Positions 36,588-45,555 of a DNA stretch of 50,501 nt are shown here, in pieces (the stretch's first letter is position 1; each line of letters starts with the position of its first letter). The notes beneath the pieces are model-generated. The model made no database searches. It worked only from the letters and a program-made list of their open reading frames with translations, and was not told the origin of the DNA. Origin of the DNA: Gemmatimonadota bacterium (GTDB taxonomy: Bacteria; Gemmatimonadota; Gemmatimonadetes; Palauibacterales; Palauibacteraceae); the NCBI GenBank assembly GCA_037382625.1, contig JARRPS010000001.1:1-50501 (forward strand), written 5' to 3'. A program made the translations under genes and the position numbers.

Positions 36588-37282
36588 GCGATAGCGCCAT
36601 CGTCGAACGCGCGGTCCGGGCCTGTTTCCGGGCCGCGTTTCTCCTGGTGGGAGTCTCCTTCCTGTTCCCGTCATCCGGTCGGGGTCAGGACGCGCCCCGG
36701 GTCGTGCCTTCCGAGCAGGAGGTCGTCCTCCAGCGGGCCGATCGCGCCCGGGTGAAGGGCGATTCTGCGGCCCCGATCCGGATCGTCGAGATCTCGGACT
36801 TCCAGTGTCCGTACTGCGCCCGATTCTACGCCGACAGCTGGCCGATGATCGACAGCCTCTACGTCCGTTCCGGGATCGCTCGGTATCTCTGGATCTCCTT
36901 TCCGAACTCCACGCACCCGAGAGCCTGGCCGGCCGTGGAAGCGGCATTCTGCGCCGGAGCGGCGGGTCGCTTCTGGCCGATGCACGACCTCCTTTTCGAG
37001 CGAACCGCAGAGTGGACGACTGCGTCGGACATGGCGGGCCTGTTCACCCGCTGGGCCGGAGAGATCGGTGTGGAAGAGGCGAGCTTCGCCGCCTGCCTGC
37101 GGAATGATCTCACGGCGCCCCTCCAGGTGGCGGACTATGACTCGGCGCTGCGATCCGGAATCACCAGCACGCCGTTCTTCGTCGTGGGAGACAGCATCGC
37201 CATACGCGGCGCCGTCTCGGCCGAGCGTTTCCGCACCGCGGTCGACAGCGTTCTGACACTCCGTGGATTGGAGAGACCCTGA
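36584..37282 (+). CDS. DsbA-family thiol:disulfide oxidoreductase (exported)
   Basis: It has an N-terminal hydrophobic segment, the active site FQCPYC and a C-terminal GITSTPFFVVG block. A GTGA overlap links it to the bcp stop. Confidence 0.75.
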   Translation: MSDSAIVERAVRACFRAAFLLVGVSFLFPSSGRGQDAPRVVPSEQEVVLQRADRARVKGDSAAPIRIVEISDFQCPYCARFYADSWPMIDSLYVRSGIARYLWISFPNSTHPRAWPAVEAAFCAGAAGRFWPMHDLLFERTAEWTTASDMAGLFTRWAGEIGVEEASFAACLRNDLTAPLQVADYDSALRSGITSTPFFVVGDSIAIRGAVSAERFRTAVDSVLTLRGLERP

Positions 37283-37323
37283 AGTCAGTACCGGCGTCGA
37301 CTCCGGCTTCCCGGTCGTTCCGG

Positions 37324-38394
37324 TTGGATCCCGGGGGGACCGACTGGCTCGTCCCGCTCGCGTTCGTCTGCGTCCTGGCCCTCTCGGCCATGTACGTGGA
37401 TGACTTCCGCGTCTACTACCAGGCGGGCAGGCGGTTTCTGGCGGGGGGCTGGACCGATGTCTATCGCCCCACCGAGCTCACACCCTTCAAGTACCATCCG
37501 CTGTTCGCCATGCTCTTCGCGCCGCTCGCCCTCCTGCCCTGGGCGGTGGCAAAGCTTCTCTGGGCGGCCCTGAACGGCTTCTGGGTCTGGGACGCGGGGC
37601 GCCGTTTCCGGAGCACTTTCGAGCTCCGAAACCTGCACTTGTTCCTCGCGCTCTGTTTTCTGATTCCCGCCCTGGCGTGGCAGTTGAAGCTGGGAAACGT
37701 GACGTTTCTCCTGCTCTGGCTGATGGCCGTCGTCGTCTCGACCCGCTCTTCCGGGCTCTCCGGCGGCGCCGCCGGGATCATGGTGCTGCTGAAGCCGTTC
37801 TGGGCGCCGTTCGTTCTCCTGCCGCCCCTCACCTCTCGCAGGCGGATACTGCTGGCGCTCCTGGTCGCGGCGATCGGTCTCTCTCTGCTGCCCCTGATCG
37901 TGGGAGGACCGGGAGCGTACGCTGACTGGTGGTACACGCTCACGGACCCGGTGCACGGCCACAACTTGCCGAAGGAAGACAATCAGACGCTCTTCGGTCT
38001 CGTCGCCCGCAACCGGGAGACGCTCGGCAGTCTCGCCCTCCCGCTCTGGTTCGTGGGATCGAGCCTTTCGGGACTGACGTGGATCGCGACGGTCCGGTCC
38101 TTCGATCGGGATCGTTTCGAACTGGGTGTGCTCGCGATGGTGCCATTCATCCTCTGGGCGGCGCCGCTGAGCTGGATACACCACCAGGTATGGCTCTGGC
38201 CGGGCCTGGCTCTGCTGCTGCGGGGCTCGAGCCGCATCCTCCTTCTGGTCGTCTGGCTGCTGCTCACGGGCACCGGAGAGCTGTTCTTCTCGAAGGAGGT
38301 CGCGAGGTCCCTCCACCAGTGGGGGCTGCCGACGCTGGCCTTTCCCCTGATCCAGCTGCTCTTTCTGGTGAATTCGCGAAACCGGGAGTTTTGA
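37324..38394 (+). CDS. Polytopic membrane glycosyltransferase, GT87/DUF2029-like
   Basis: It has about ten TM segments. The N-terminal block VYYQAG...LTPFKYHPLFAMLFAPLALLP resembles the DUF2029 mannosyltransferase family. Confidence 0.5.
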   Translation: MDPGGTDWLVPLAFVCVLALSAMYVDDFRVYYQAGRRFLAGGWTDVYRPTELTPFKYHPLFAMLFAPLALLPWAVAKLLWAALNGFWVWDAGRRFRSTFELRNLHLFLALCFLIPALAWQLKLGNVTFLLLWLMAVVVSTRSSGLSGGAAGIMVLLKPFWAPFVLLPPLTSRRRILLALLVAAIGLSLLPLIVGGPGAYADWWYTLTDPVHGHNLPKEDNQTLFGLVARNRETLGSLALPLWFVGSSLSGLTWIATVRSFDRDRFELGVLAMVPFILWAAPLSWIHHQVWLWPGLALLLRGSSRILLLVVWLLLTGTGELFFSKEVARSLHQWGLPTLAFPLIQLLFLVNSRNREF

Positions 38395-38486
38395 GCCCGG
38401 TCTGCGGAGACACCGGGCCGATCCGGTGCCTGGTGATCGAATCTCGATCGGAGCTTGTCGGTCGACCGAGCGGCCGGCCACGATTC

Positions 38487-39227
38487 TCAGCCCAGGCGCT
38501 CGAACACCCGTCGGATCGCTTCGAGGGCCAGGGCAGCGGTTCGCGCGCCCGCATCGAACGCCTTCGCCAGGGTTCTCTCGTCGACACCCGCGAGCGGGAC
38601 GTCGAACGCGAAGTGCACCGAAACGCCTGCGGGGCGCACGCGAGCCGCGCTGTCGGCCCAGCCTTCCTCGGACGCATCGAGCGCTCCCTCGATGTGCACC
38701 TCGACCGCGTCGGCTTCCCTGCCCACTTCCTGTGCCATGATTCCGAGCCGCCGCGCGAGACGCTCGTTGCCTTCAGGGTCCACGGGACGCTCTTCGAGCC
38801 ATAGAGAGGGAGGCGCGACGTCCACGACGAGACTTCCGAGCATCACGTCGGGGTGGAAGGCGAATGCCGAGTCATCGGCGCCTGGCCCCAACTCCCGCTC
38901 CAGTTCCTCCAACTCGAGCGAAAACGACTCTTCCGCTTCCGCCGGCACCTCGGTCGTCAGGTAGGCCGCGAGTCCTCCCGGTCCGATCAGGGCGCCGGCC
39001 AGGGCCACCTCGTCCAGGGCCAGCTCCACGAGCGCTGACGGGGCATGCAGGATGTCGAGCGCACCGGACTCGAGGATGTCCAGTTCCGACTGGTCGTATG
39101 CCAGACACCGGAAGAACCAGGTGACCGGCTCCTGTCTCCCTTCGAACAGGTCGCGGACCCCGAGACCCGCTCCGCGCAGAGCCGTCAGTAGCGCGCCACC
39201 GATCTGCTGTCGAGTGAGCTGCGGCAC
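38487..39227 (-). CDS. Hypothetical acidic cytosolic protein
   Basis: Third positions are GC-rich. The GTG at 39227 is preceded by GAGGAAG and lies 8 nt after the upstream stop. An alternative ATG at 39287 would overlap the upstream gene by 52 nt. I recognise no motif. Confidence 0.5.
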   Translation of the reverse strand: MPQLTRQQIGGALLTALRGAGLGVRDLFEGRQEPVTWFFRCLAYDQSELDILESGALDILHAPSALVELALDEVALAGALIGPGGLAAYLTTEVPAEAEESFSLELEELERELGPGADDSAFAFHPDVMLGSLVVDVAPPSLWLEERPVDPEGNERLARRLGIMAQEVGREADAVEVHIEGALDASEEGWADSAARVRPAGVSVHFAFDVPLAGVDERTLAKAFDAGARTAALALEAIRRVFERLG

Positions 39228-39235
39228 GGTCTTCC

Positions 39236-39844
39236 TCAGTGTGAGATCATGATGTGAGCCCAGGGCGTGTCGGGCAGCATCAGCCATGGAATCCCGTCCT
39301 CCGGTCTGCCCGGGAGTCCGGTCCCCTCGAGTGACGCCCCCGGCAGATACACGACGGTCAGCCGTCTGAGCCCTTCCGCGCTCCCGTCGGCGCCCGCCGG
39401 TGGTCCCGACTCCGCGCTGACGGAGTACAACGTCGCGGCTGCGGGCATGGAAAGGGCCCCGCTCCGGAGAGCCTCGAAGCGCGAGTCCAGGATCTCGCTC
39501 CGGTCGAGCCCACGGGCACGCCCCTGGCGCCCGAGTCGCATGTACGGATCTAGCGACTCGTGATAGCACGCGACATGGAATCCGTCCCGGTCCGGATCGT
39601 CGGCGATGCAAATGAGACCGTTGTTGCCCGGACGCAGAGTCGTCAGCACATCCCCAACCCGTTCCTCTCCCCCGATTCCTAGCACCTCCGCGCCGGAGCG
39701 CAGCGAAGCCGGCGCCGCGAGCAGCGCGCCTTCGATCTGCTCCTTGGGGGCGACGCCGCCGACCCCGGTAACGGTGTCCTGGGCCGGCACGGCGGCAGGT
39801 GCGCAGAGCGCCAGAATCAAGAAGTGAGTCGTCAGCCTCGACAT
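39236..39844 (-). CDS. Hypothetical secreted protein
   Basis: It has the signal peptide MSRLTTHFLILALCAPAAVPAQD and GC-rich third positions. I recognise no motif. Confidence 0.55.
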   Translation of the reverse strand: MSRLTTHFLILALCAPAAVPAQDTVTGVGGVAPKEQIEGALLAAPASLRSGAEVLGIGGEERVGDVLTTLRPGNNGLICIADDPDRDGFHVACYHESLDPYMRLGRQGRARGLDRSEILDSRFEALRSGALSMPAAATLYSVSAESGPPAGADGSAEGLRRLTVVYLPGASLEGTGLPGRPEDGIPWLMLPDTPWAHIMISH

Positions 39845-40183
39845 GGAAATCTCCCGGTCATTGGGGAAGGATCATTGTCTCCGGCCCCGGATTTTCGCGG
39901 CTCCCGCACCCCTCTAGTCAGGATGTCCCGCGCAGGGTTACTGTGTCCCACAGCAGCAATCGATGGGACCGCGTTTCTCAATACCGTTCCACCGGGCAAC
40001 ATCCGAACATGCGTCACAACCACATGCACGAGTTGGGCTTATGAGTCCCCGTGCGGCGGGTTCGGGCTGCCCCGAGACGCACCGGCGGCGTCCGTCGCGA
40101 CACCGGACGGCGGCACGGTTCTCGCTGACGCTCGCCGGCCATTGCAGCACGATTTGTCGCGGGCGATGCGGAACGCGGAAACG

Positions 40184-40211
40184 AAAAAGCGCCTCCCGGA
40201 TCGGGAAGCGC
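40184..40211 (-). terminator. Orphan intrinsic-terminator-like hairpin
   Basis: The minus strand reads GCGCUUCCCG-AUC-CGGGAGGCGC, a 10-bp stem with one mismatch. It is followed by UUUUUCGUUUCC. There is no annotated minus-strand gene upstream of it. Confidence 0.45.
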
Positions 40212-40345
40212 GAAACGTCCGTCTTCGACCCGCGTCAAGCTATTCGGGGCGGGGGCGGTGTCAAGCGAGCGTGCAGTTCGGGACACGCACCGGCCGGTAC
40301 GAACCGCCGGACAGAATCGAACCCTACACACAAGAGCGGATCACC

Positions 40346-41473
40346 ATGCGAATCGTGGTTCCAAAGGAGCACTCGCCGGGAGAACGGCGTGTCGCCATGT
40401 CACCGTCCGCGATCAGCCGGCTGGCCTCCGACGACATGCAGTTCATCGTCGAGAGCGGTGCAGGCCTGGCGGCTTCGCACTCGGATGAAGAATACCGGGA
40501 AGCCGGCGCCGAGGTCGTCGCCGACCCGAAGAAGTTGTTTGAAGGCGCGGACGTCGTCGTCAAGATCAATGGCCCGGTCAAGCGCGAGGACGGCACGGAT
40601 GAGGTCGACCTCATCCCCTCGGGGGCGTTGTTGATCGGACAGTTGCAGCCGCATGCGAATGCCGAGACGCTCAAGCGCCTCGCCGATCGCGGCGTCACCG
40701 CTTTCTCGATGGAGCTGATGCCGCGCACCACACTCGCGCAGCGGATGGACTCCCTCTCCGCCTTCAGCACCGTCTCCGGCTACAACGCCGTGCTCCGCGG
40801 GGCCGCTGCCAGCAGCAAGTTCTTCCCGATGCTCACGACGGCCGCCGGCACGATCGCGCCGGCGAACGTGTTCATCATCGGCGCCGGCGTCGCCGGTCTT
40901 CAGGCGATCGCCACGGCCCGGAGACTCGGAGCGGTCGTCGAAGCGTTCGACATCCGGCCCGCCGCGAAGGAACAGGTCCAGAGCCTCGGCGCGAAATTCG
41001 TCGAGTGGGAAGGGAGCGAGGACACGGAGACCGAGGGCGGATATGCGAAGGAAGTCTCCGAAGAGGAGCAGGAGCACGAGCGTCAACTGCTCAGCGAGCA
41101 CATCGCGAAGTCCGATGTCGTCATAACGACGGCCCTCGTTCCGGGGCGCAAGGCGCCCATCCTGATCACCGCGGAGATGGTCGACGGCATGCGACCCGGA
41201 TCGGTAATCGTCGATCTCGCGGCCCCGGCAGGCGGGAACTGCGAAGTGACCGAGCCGGGAGAGACGGTCGTCCGGAACGGGGTTCTGATCATGGGGCCGC
41301 TCGACCTGGCGGCAGCCGTTCCGCTCCACGGGTCACAGATGTACGGCAAGGTCCTCTCGAACCTGCTCAATTACATGGTCAACGATGAGGGCGAACTCGT
41401 CATCGACCTCGACAACGACATCACGGGAGCGTGCGTCGTAACGCACGACGGAACGGTGAGGTACGAGTCATGA
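40346..41473 (+). CDS. pntAA: NAD(P) transhydrogenase subunit alpha, part 1
   Basis: The product begins MRIVVPKEHSPGERRVA and contains the Rossmann motif IIGAGVAGLQAI and the block TTALVPGRKAP. The 549-aa ORF in the track is an upstream extension through non-coding DNA. Confidence 0.9.
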   Translation: MRIVVPKEHSPGERRVAMSPSAISRLASDDMQFIVESGAGLAASHSDEEYREAGAEVVADPKKLFEGADVVVKINGPVKREDGTDEVDLIPSGALLIGQLQPHANAETLKRLADRGVTAFSMELMPRTTLAQRMDSLSAFSTVSGYNAVLRGAAASSKFFPMLTTAAGTIAPANVFIIGAGVAGLQAIATARRLGAVVEAFDIRPAAKEQVQSLGAKFVEWEGSEDTETEGGYAKEVSEEEQEHERQLLSEHIAKSDVVITTALVPGRKAPILITAEMVDGMRPGSVIVDLAAPAGGNCEVTEPGETVVRNGVLIMGPLDLAAAVPLHGSQMYGKVLSNLLNYMVNDEGELVIDLDNDITGACVVTHDGTVRYES

Positions 41474-41772
41474 CCGCCACGATGCCGGATATCCTCGTCA
41501 ACGTGATCATCTTCGTGCTGGCGGTGTTCGTCGGCTTCGAGGTCATCACCAAGGTGCCGCCCACGCTGCACACTCCGCTGATGTCGGGTTCCAACGCGAT
41601 TTCCGGCATCTCGATCGTCGGCGCCCTGGTTATCGCCGGGATGGGACAGGGCATCCTCTTCGACGTCATAGGAATGGTCGCGGTGATCGCGGCGACGATC
41701 AACGTGGTGGGCGGATTCATGGTCACCGACCGGATGCTGCAGATGTTCCGGCGGGACACGGACACCAACTAG
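41470..41772 (+). CDS. pntAB: NAD(P) transhydrogenase subunit alpha, part 2 (membrane)
   Basis: The 100-aa product has three TM helices and contains TPLMSGSNAISGI. An ATGA overlap links it to the pntAA stop. Confidence 0.88.
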   Translation: MTATMPDILVNVIIFVLAVFVGFEVITKVPPTLHTPLMSGSNAISGISIVGALVIAGMGQGILFDVIGMVAVIAATINVVGGFMVTDRMLQMFRRDTDTN

Positions 41773-41788
41773 CGAACCCCGAGGCAGA

Positions 41789-43249
41789 GTGATGGATACG
41801 AGACTACTGACGATGCAGCTCGCCTATCTGCTCTCGGCGGTGCTGTTCATACTGGGGCTGAAACGCCTCAGTCACCCCGACACCGCTCGCGGCGGCAATC
41901 AGCTGGCCGCCATCGGCATGCTCATCGCCGTCGTCGCCACGCTTCTGGGCGGCGAGATCGTGACCTGGCAGTGGATCATCGGCGGCTTGTTGATCGGGGG
42001 CGTGGTCGGCGGCCTGATGGCTCGTCTGGTCAAGATGACGGCGATGCCGCAGATGGTGGGCCTCTTCAACGGCTTCGGGGGCCTGGCCTCCGGGCTGGTG
42101 GCGGCCGCGGAGTATCTTCACTACACGAACGGAAAAGTCATCGAGTCCGGCGCGGTCGTTTCCGACGTTCCGCTCGACTCTTCGATCTCGATCATGCTCG
42201 GCACCCTGATCGGCGCCGTTACCTTCTCCGGCAGTCTGGTCGCCTTCGGCAAGCTGCAGGGCGTCGTGACCGAAAAGGCCGTGAAATTCACCGGTCAGCA
42301 GGTGGTCAACGCAACCCTTTTCCTGGGCATCCTCGCCCTGATGGGCTGGCTGATCATCTCGACACCGGGTGCGATCTCGGTGGGCGATCCGTCGAGCGTC
42401 AACCTCTGGTACTGGGGCCTCTGGATTGCCGCCATGATCCTCGGAATCCTCCTCGTGATTCCGATCGGCGGAGCGGACATGCCGGTCGTGGTGTCGCTGC
42501 TGAACTCCTATTCGGGGCTCGCGGCGTCGGCCGCCGGATTCGTCCTCAACAACAACGTCCTGATCATCTCCGGTGCCTTGGTCGGCGCCTCGGGTCTGAT
42601 CCTCACGCGAATCATGTGCAAGGCGATGAACCGGTCTCTCGCCAACGTGATCTTCGGATCCTTCGGCGAGGCAGCGGGGAAAGGGCCCGTCGCGAAGGGC
42701 GAGAAGCGCACGATGGCGGACGTCAACGACGTCCAGGCGGACGACGTCGCCATGCTTCTGGCCTACGCCAAGCAGGTCGTGATCGTCCCCGGCTACGGGC
42801 TGGCGGTCGCGCAGGCACAGCACAAGCTGCGGGAGCTGTGTGACAACCTGGAGAACCGGGGCGTGACGGTGAAGTACGTGGTCCATCCGGTGGCGGGGCG
42901 GATGCCCGGGCACATGAACGTGCTGCTGGCCGAGGCGAACGTGCCCTACAACCAGCTGTACGAGCCCGAGGACGTCAACCCGGACATGGCCAACGTGGAT
43001 GCCTGTCTCGTGGTGGGCGCGAACGACGTGGTCAATCCCGCCGCGCGGGATGACCCGAGCAGCGACCTCTACGGGATGCCGATCATCGAGGTGGACCGGG
43101 CGAAGCACTGCGTGGTGATGAAGCGCAGCCTGAATCCTGGATTCGCGGGACTCGACAACGAGCTGTTCTACCTTCGGAACACGATGATGCTGTTCGGAGA
43201 CGCAGGCGACTCGATCGGTCGCCTCCTCGAGGAGGTCAAGCAGCTCTGA
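41789..43249 (+). CDS. pntB: NAD(P) transhydrogenase subunit beta
   Basis: A membrane domain is followed by a dIII domain containing VPGYGLAVAQAQH, HPVAGRMPGHMNVLLAEA and GANDVVNP. Confidence 0.92.
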   Translation: MMDTRLLTMQLAYLLSAVLFILGLKRLSHPDTARGGNQLAAIGMLIAVVATLLGGEIVTWQWIIGGLLIGGVVGGLMARLVKMTAMPQMVGLFNGFGGLASGLVAAAEYLHYTNGKVIESGAVVSDVPLDSSISIMLGTLIGAVTFSGSLVAFGKLQGVVTEKAVKFTGQQVVNATLFLGILALMGWLIISTPGAISVGDPSSVNLWYWGLWIAAMILGILLVIPIGGADMPVVVSLLNSYSGLAASAAGFVLNNNVLIISGALVGASGLILTRIMCKAMNRSLANVIFGSFGEAAGKGPVAKGEKRTMADVNDVQADDVAMLLAYAKQVVIVPGYGLAVAQAQHKLRELCDNLENRGVTVKYVVHPVAGRMPGHMNVLLAEANVPYNQLYEPEDVNPDMANVDACLVVGANDVVNPAARDDPSSDLYGMPIIEVDRAKHCVVMKRSLNPGFAGLDNELFYLRNTMMLFGDAGDSIGRLLEEVKQL

Positions 43250-43549
43250 GTTCGTCGCGGTCGCGATAGCGCGACCACGGACCGCAGCGTTCTGCATCGT
43301 CGGGCCCGTCCCCAGATCCGGGGGCGGGCCCGCGTGCATCGAGGAGTCAGGTGCGCGCCGCACTCGATCCGGGCAGAACGCGGGATTCGTATGCCCCCCG
43401 GCATGCGTGAGCGTCCCGAGCGGGGCGATAATCCGGCCCCTGCGGGATGGCACCCCGCTTGCTCCGAAGGCTGCCGGAAGGAAGGATCGGTCACGCGCCG
43501 TACCCGACGTGAACGATCCCGCCAATCCGTCGCAGCCGCAGGAGATGCA

Positions 43550-44380
43550 ATGTCCATTGCGCTGTCGGTCGTCATACCGGCCTACAACGAGAGCGCGGCG
43601 ATCGGTGCCGGCGCGCTGGAGATCGTGCGTGCGTGGCTCGACGCGCGTCCGTTCCCCACCGAACTCGTCGTCGCCGACGACGGCAGCGGAGACGAAACCG
43701 TGGCTCTCGCGCTTCTCACGGCAGACCTCGTGCTGGAACTTCCGCGCGGAGGAAAGGCCGCAGCGCTAAGCGCGGGCGCGCGAGCGGCGCGCGGCGAGAT
43801 CCTGCTGCTCTCGGACATGGACCTCGCGACCCCGATCGAAGATGGCTCACGCCTGCTGGAGGCGATCCGGGCCGGGGCCGACGCGGCGATCGGAAGTCGG
43901 GGGCTCGCCAGACCCGGAGCTCCACCTCAGCGATACGTGCTCAGCCTCGGACAGATGCTGCTGAGCCGGCTCCTTCTGGGGCTTCCCTACTCCGACACCC
44001 AATGCGGCTTCAAGGCATGGCGACGGTCCGTCCTCCTCCAGGTTCTCGACCAGATGGTCGTGTACGCCCCGGATCGACCCGGGGGCAGCGGGCGAGCGGG
44101 AGTGACCAGCGGTTTCGACGTCGAGTGTCTCCTCGTGGCGCGACAGCTCGGAATGGACGTACGCGAGATCCCGGTCTCCTGGAAGCACATGGCATCTGAC
44201 CGGGTCCGGCCGGTAACGGAGGCGGTTCGCGGCGTCCGGGATCTCGCAGGGATCGCGGCGGCGCGGCGGAAGAACCTCTACCCCCCGCTGCACTCCTCAT
44301 CGTCGGCCTGGGTGCGACGCCTCGACGTGAACCGGGAAAAGAAGGCCTCGGCCATCGAGACCTGGGTCGCTCCGAAGTAG
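43550..44380 (+). CDS. Family-2 glycosyltransferase (dolichyl/polyprenyl-phosphate glucosyltransferase-like)
   Basis: The product contains SVVIPAYNE, ADDGSGDET and SDMDL. The ATG at 43550 is preceded by AGGAG. Its 3' tail overlaps the convergent gene. Confidence 0.75.
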   Translation: MSIALSVVIPAYNESAAIGAGALEIVRAWLDARPFPTELVVADDGSGDETVALALLTADLVLELPRGGKAAALSAGARAARGEILLLSDMDLATPIEDGSRLLEAIRAGADAAIGSRGLARPGAPPQRYVLSLGQMLLSRLLLGLPYSDTQCGFKAWRRSVLLQVLDQMVVYAPDRPGGSGRAGVTSGFDVECLLVARQLGMDVREIPVSWKHMASDRVRPVTEAVRGVRDLAGIAAARRKNLYPPLHSSSSAWVRRLDVNREKKASAIETWVAPK

Positions 44381-45555
44381 TCGGGCATCCGCTGGGCCGC
44401 CTCGAGTGCGAGTCCGAATATCTCCTCGGCCATGCGCCCGATCACCGGATCCGCGACGCCGTCGTGAGCCGCGATCTCCGTCGCCTCTTCCAGCCGGATG
44501 CTGAGCGGTTCGAGCACCCGGGTCGCCGCACGGCACGCCTCGTCGTCGTAAAGCAGAGCCGGTATCACCACCAGCGGCACGTCCCACCAGGCCTCGCGCG
44601 GGGTGTCGAGGTATCTCAGCTCCAGCCGTCGACGCGGCCGGACGTGGGGAAAAAGCGTGCTCAGGTGCACCGTCCAGTCCGCGATCGCGGGCGGACGCTC
44701 CTCGCCCCGGTCGCGCCACCATTCGGTGAATGTCCGGCCATCGCCCGCCTCCGTTCCCTGCCCATCCCGCCGCAGAATGACAGGAGCCTCGAGGGCGAAC
44801 CGCAGGTAGGCCTCGGGCGTCGTCTCCCCGGGCAGGATCGTCACGAATCCGGTCCTCCGAGGATCGACGCGTCGCCAGAGCCATAGACGTGCGCTCGACG
44901 CACGGCTCCCATCGGGCAGGATCATCGGAGAGTTGGCGAAGGCGCCCCCGAGTACGGGGACGAGCAGTTCGGCCAGCCGCCACCGGGCAGCGGCAGCCTC
45001 GGGCGGGCCCGGATCGAGATTCAGCTGCATGCTGGCGGTGCGGCACATCATGACTCGGCCCCACGGACCGATCCGATCGAAGTGATTCTCCATCGCCCGG
45101 TATCGGGCGCCGGACAGCTGCAGATCGACCGGACCGGCCGCGGCAGGATCCACGATGCCCCGGTCGAGCAGCTGGATCCCGGCTTCGGCCGCCGCACGGC
45201 GCAATGCACCGGCGATCTCGCGCAGCTCCTCCCCCGCTTCGCGGGCGCTCGAGGCGGGGCGACCGGAGTACTCCACCTGACCGCCCGGCTCGAAGGTGAT
45301 TCGACCCCCGCCCGTGAGATCGATCGCCGGCTTCGAGCCCTGGTCGCCGGCCTCGGATTCGACGCCAAGCACCGATCGCACGAAAGGCTTCAGGTCGGAG
45401 AGCGGCAGCTGCGTGCATCTGCCGCCGGGATCGGTCCGCACCGGGATCAGCTCGAGCTCGACGCCGACCGCGCCCGGCCCGTCCGCGGACAGGCCTGGCG
45501 GAGCGAAGAGTGCTTCGACCTCTGCCCTCAGTCGGTCCCGCGACGGCTTCGTCAC
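44278..45555 (-). CDS. egtA: Glutamate--cysteine ligase family 2 protein (EgtA-like)
   Basis: The product contains GVELELIPV, ITFEPGGQVEYSG and TASMQLNLD. It lies immediately downstream of egtD with a 4-nt overlap. Confidence 0.7.
   Translation of the reverse strand: MTKPSRDRLRAEVEALFAPPGLSADGPGAVGVELELIPVRTDPGGRCTQLPLSDLKPFVRSVLGVESEAGDQGSKPAIDLTGGGRITFEPGGQVEYSGRPASSAREAGEELREIAGALRRAAAEAGIQLLDRGIVDPAAAGPVDLQLSGARYRAMENHFDRIGPWGRVMMCRTASMQLNLDPGPPEAAAARWRLAELLVPVLGGAFANSPMILPDGSRASSARLWLWRRVDPRRTGFVTILPGETTPEAYLRFALEAPVILRRDGQGTEAGDGRTFTEWWRDRGEERPPAIADWTVHLSTLFPHVRPRRRLELRYLDTPREAWWDVPLVVIPALLYDDEACRAATRVLEPLSIRLEEATEIAAHDGVADPVIGRMAEEIFGLALEAAQRMPDYFGATQVSMAEAFFSRFTSRRRTQADDEECSGG

Noticed and set aside
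39990-40060. GGGCUUAUGAGUCC, which resembles the RNase P P4 3' strand (CCGGCUUAUCGG).
   Set aside because: No matching 5' P4 strand (GAGGAAAGUCCGG) exists within 400 nt upstream. That upstream space is occupied by a credible protein gene.
43250-43549. A 300-bp GC-rich gap after pntB with strong stems, for example GGGCCCGUCCCC-AGAUCC-GGGGGCGGGCCC, considered as a riboswitch or ncRNA.
   Set aside because: I recognise no conserved riboswitch core and no promoter/terminator pair. The stems are plausibly the pntB terminator region plus the GT2 leader. Evidence is insufficient to call a feature.
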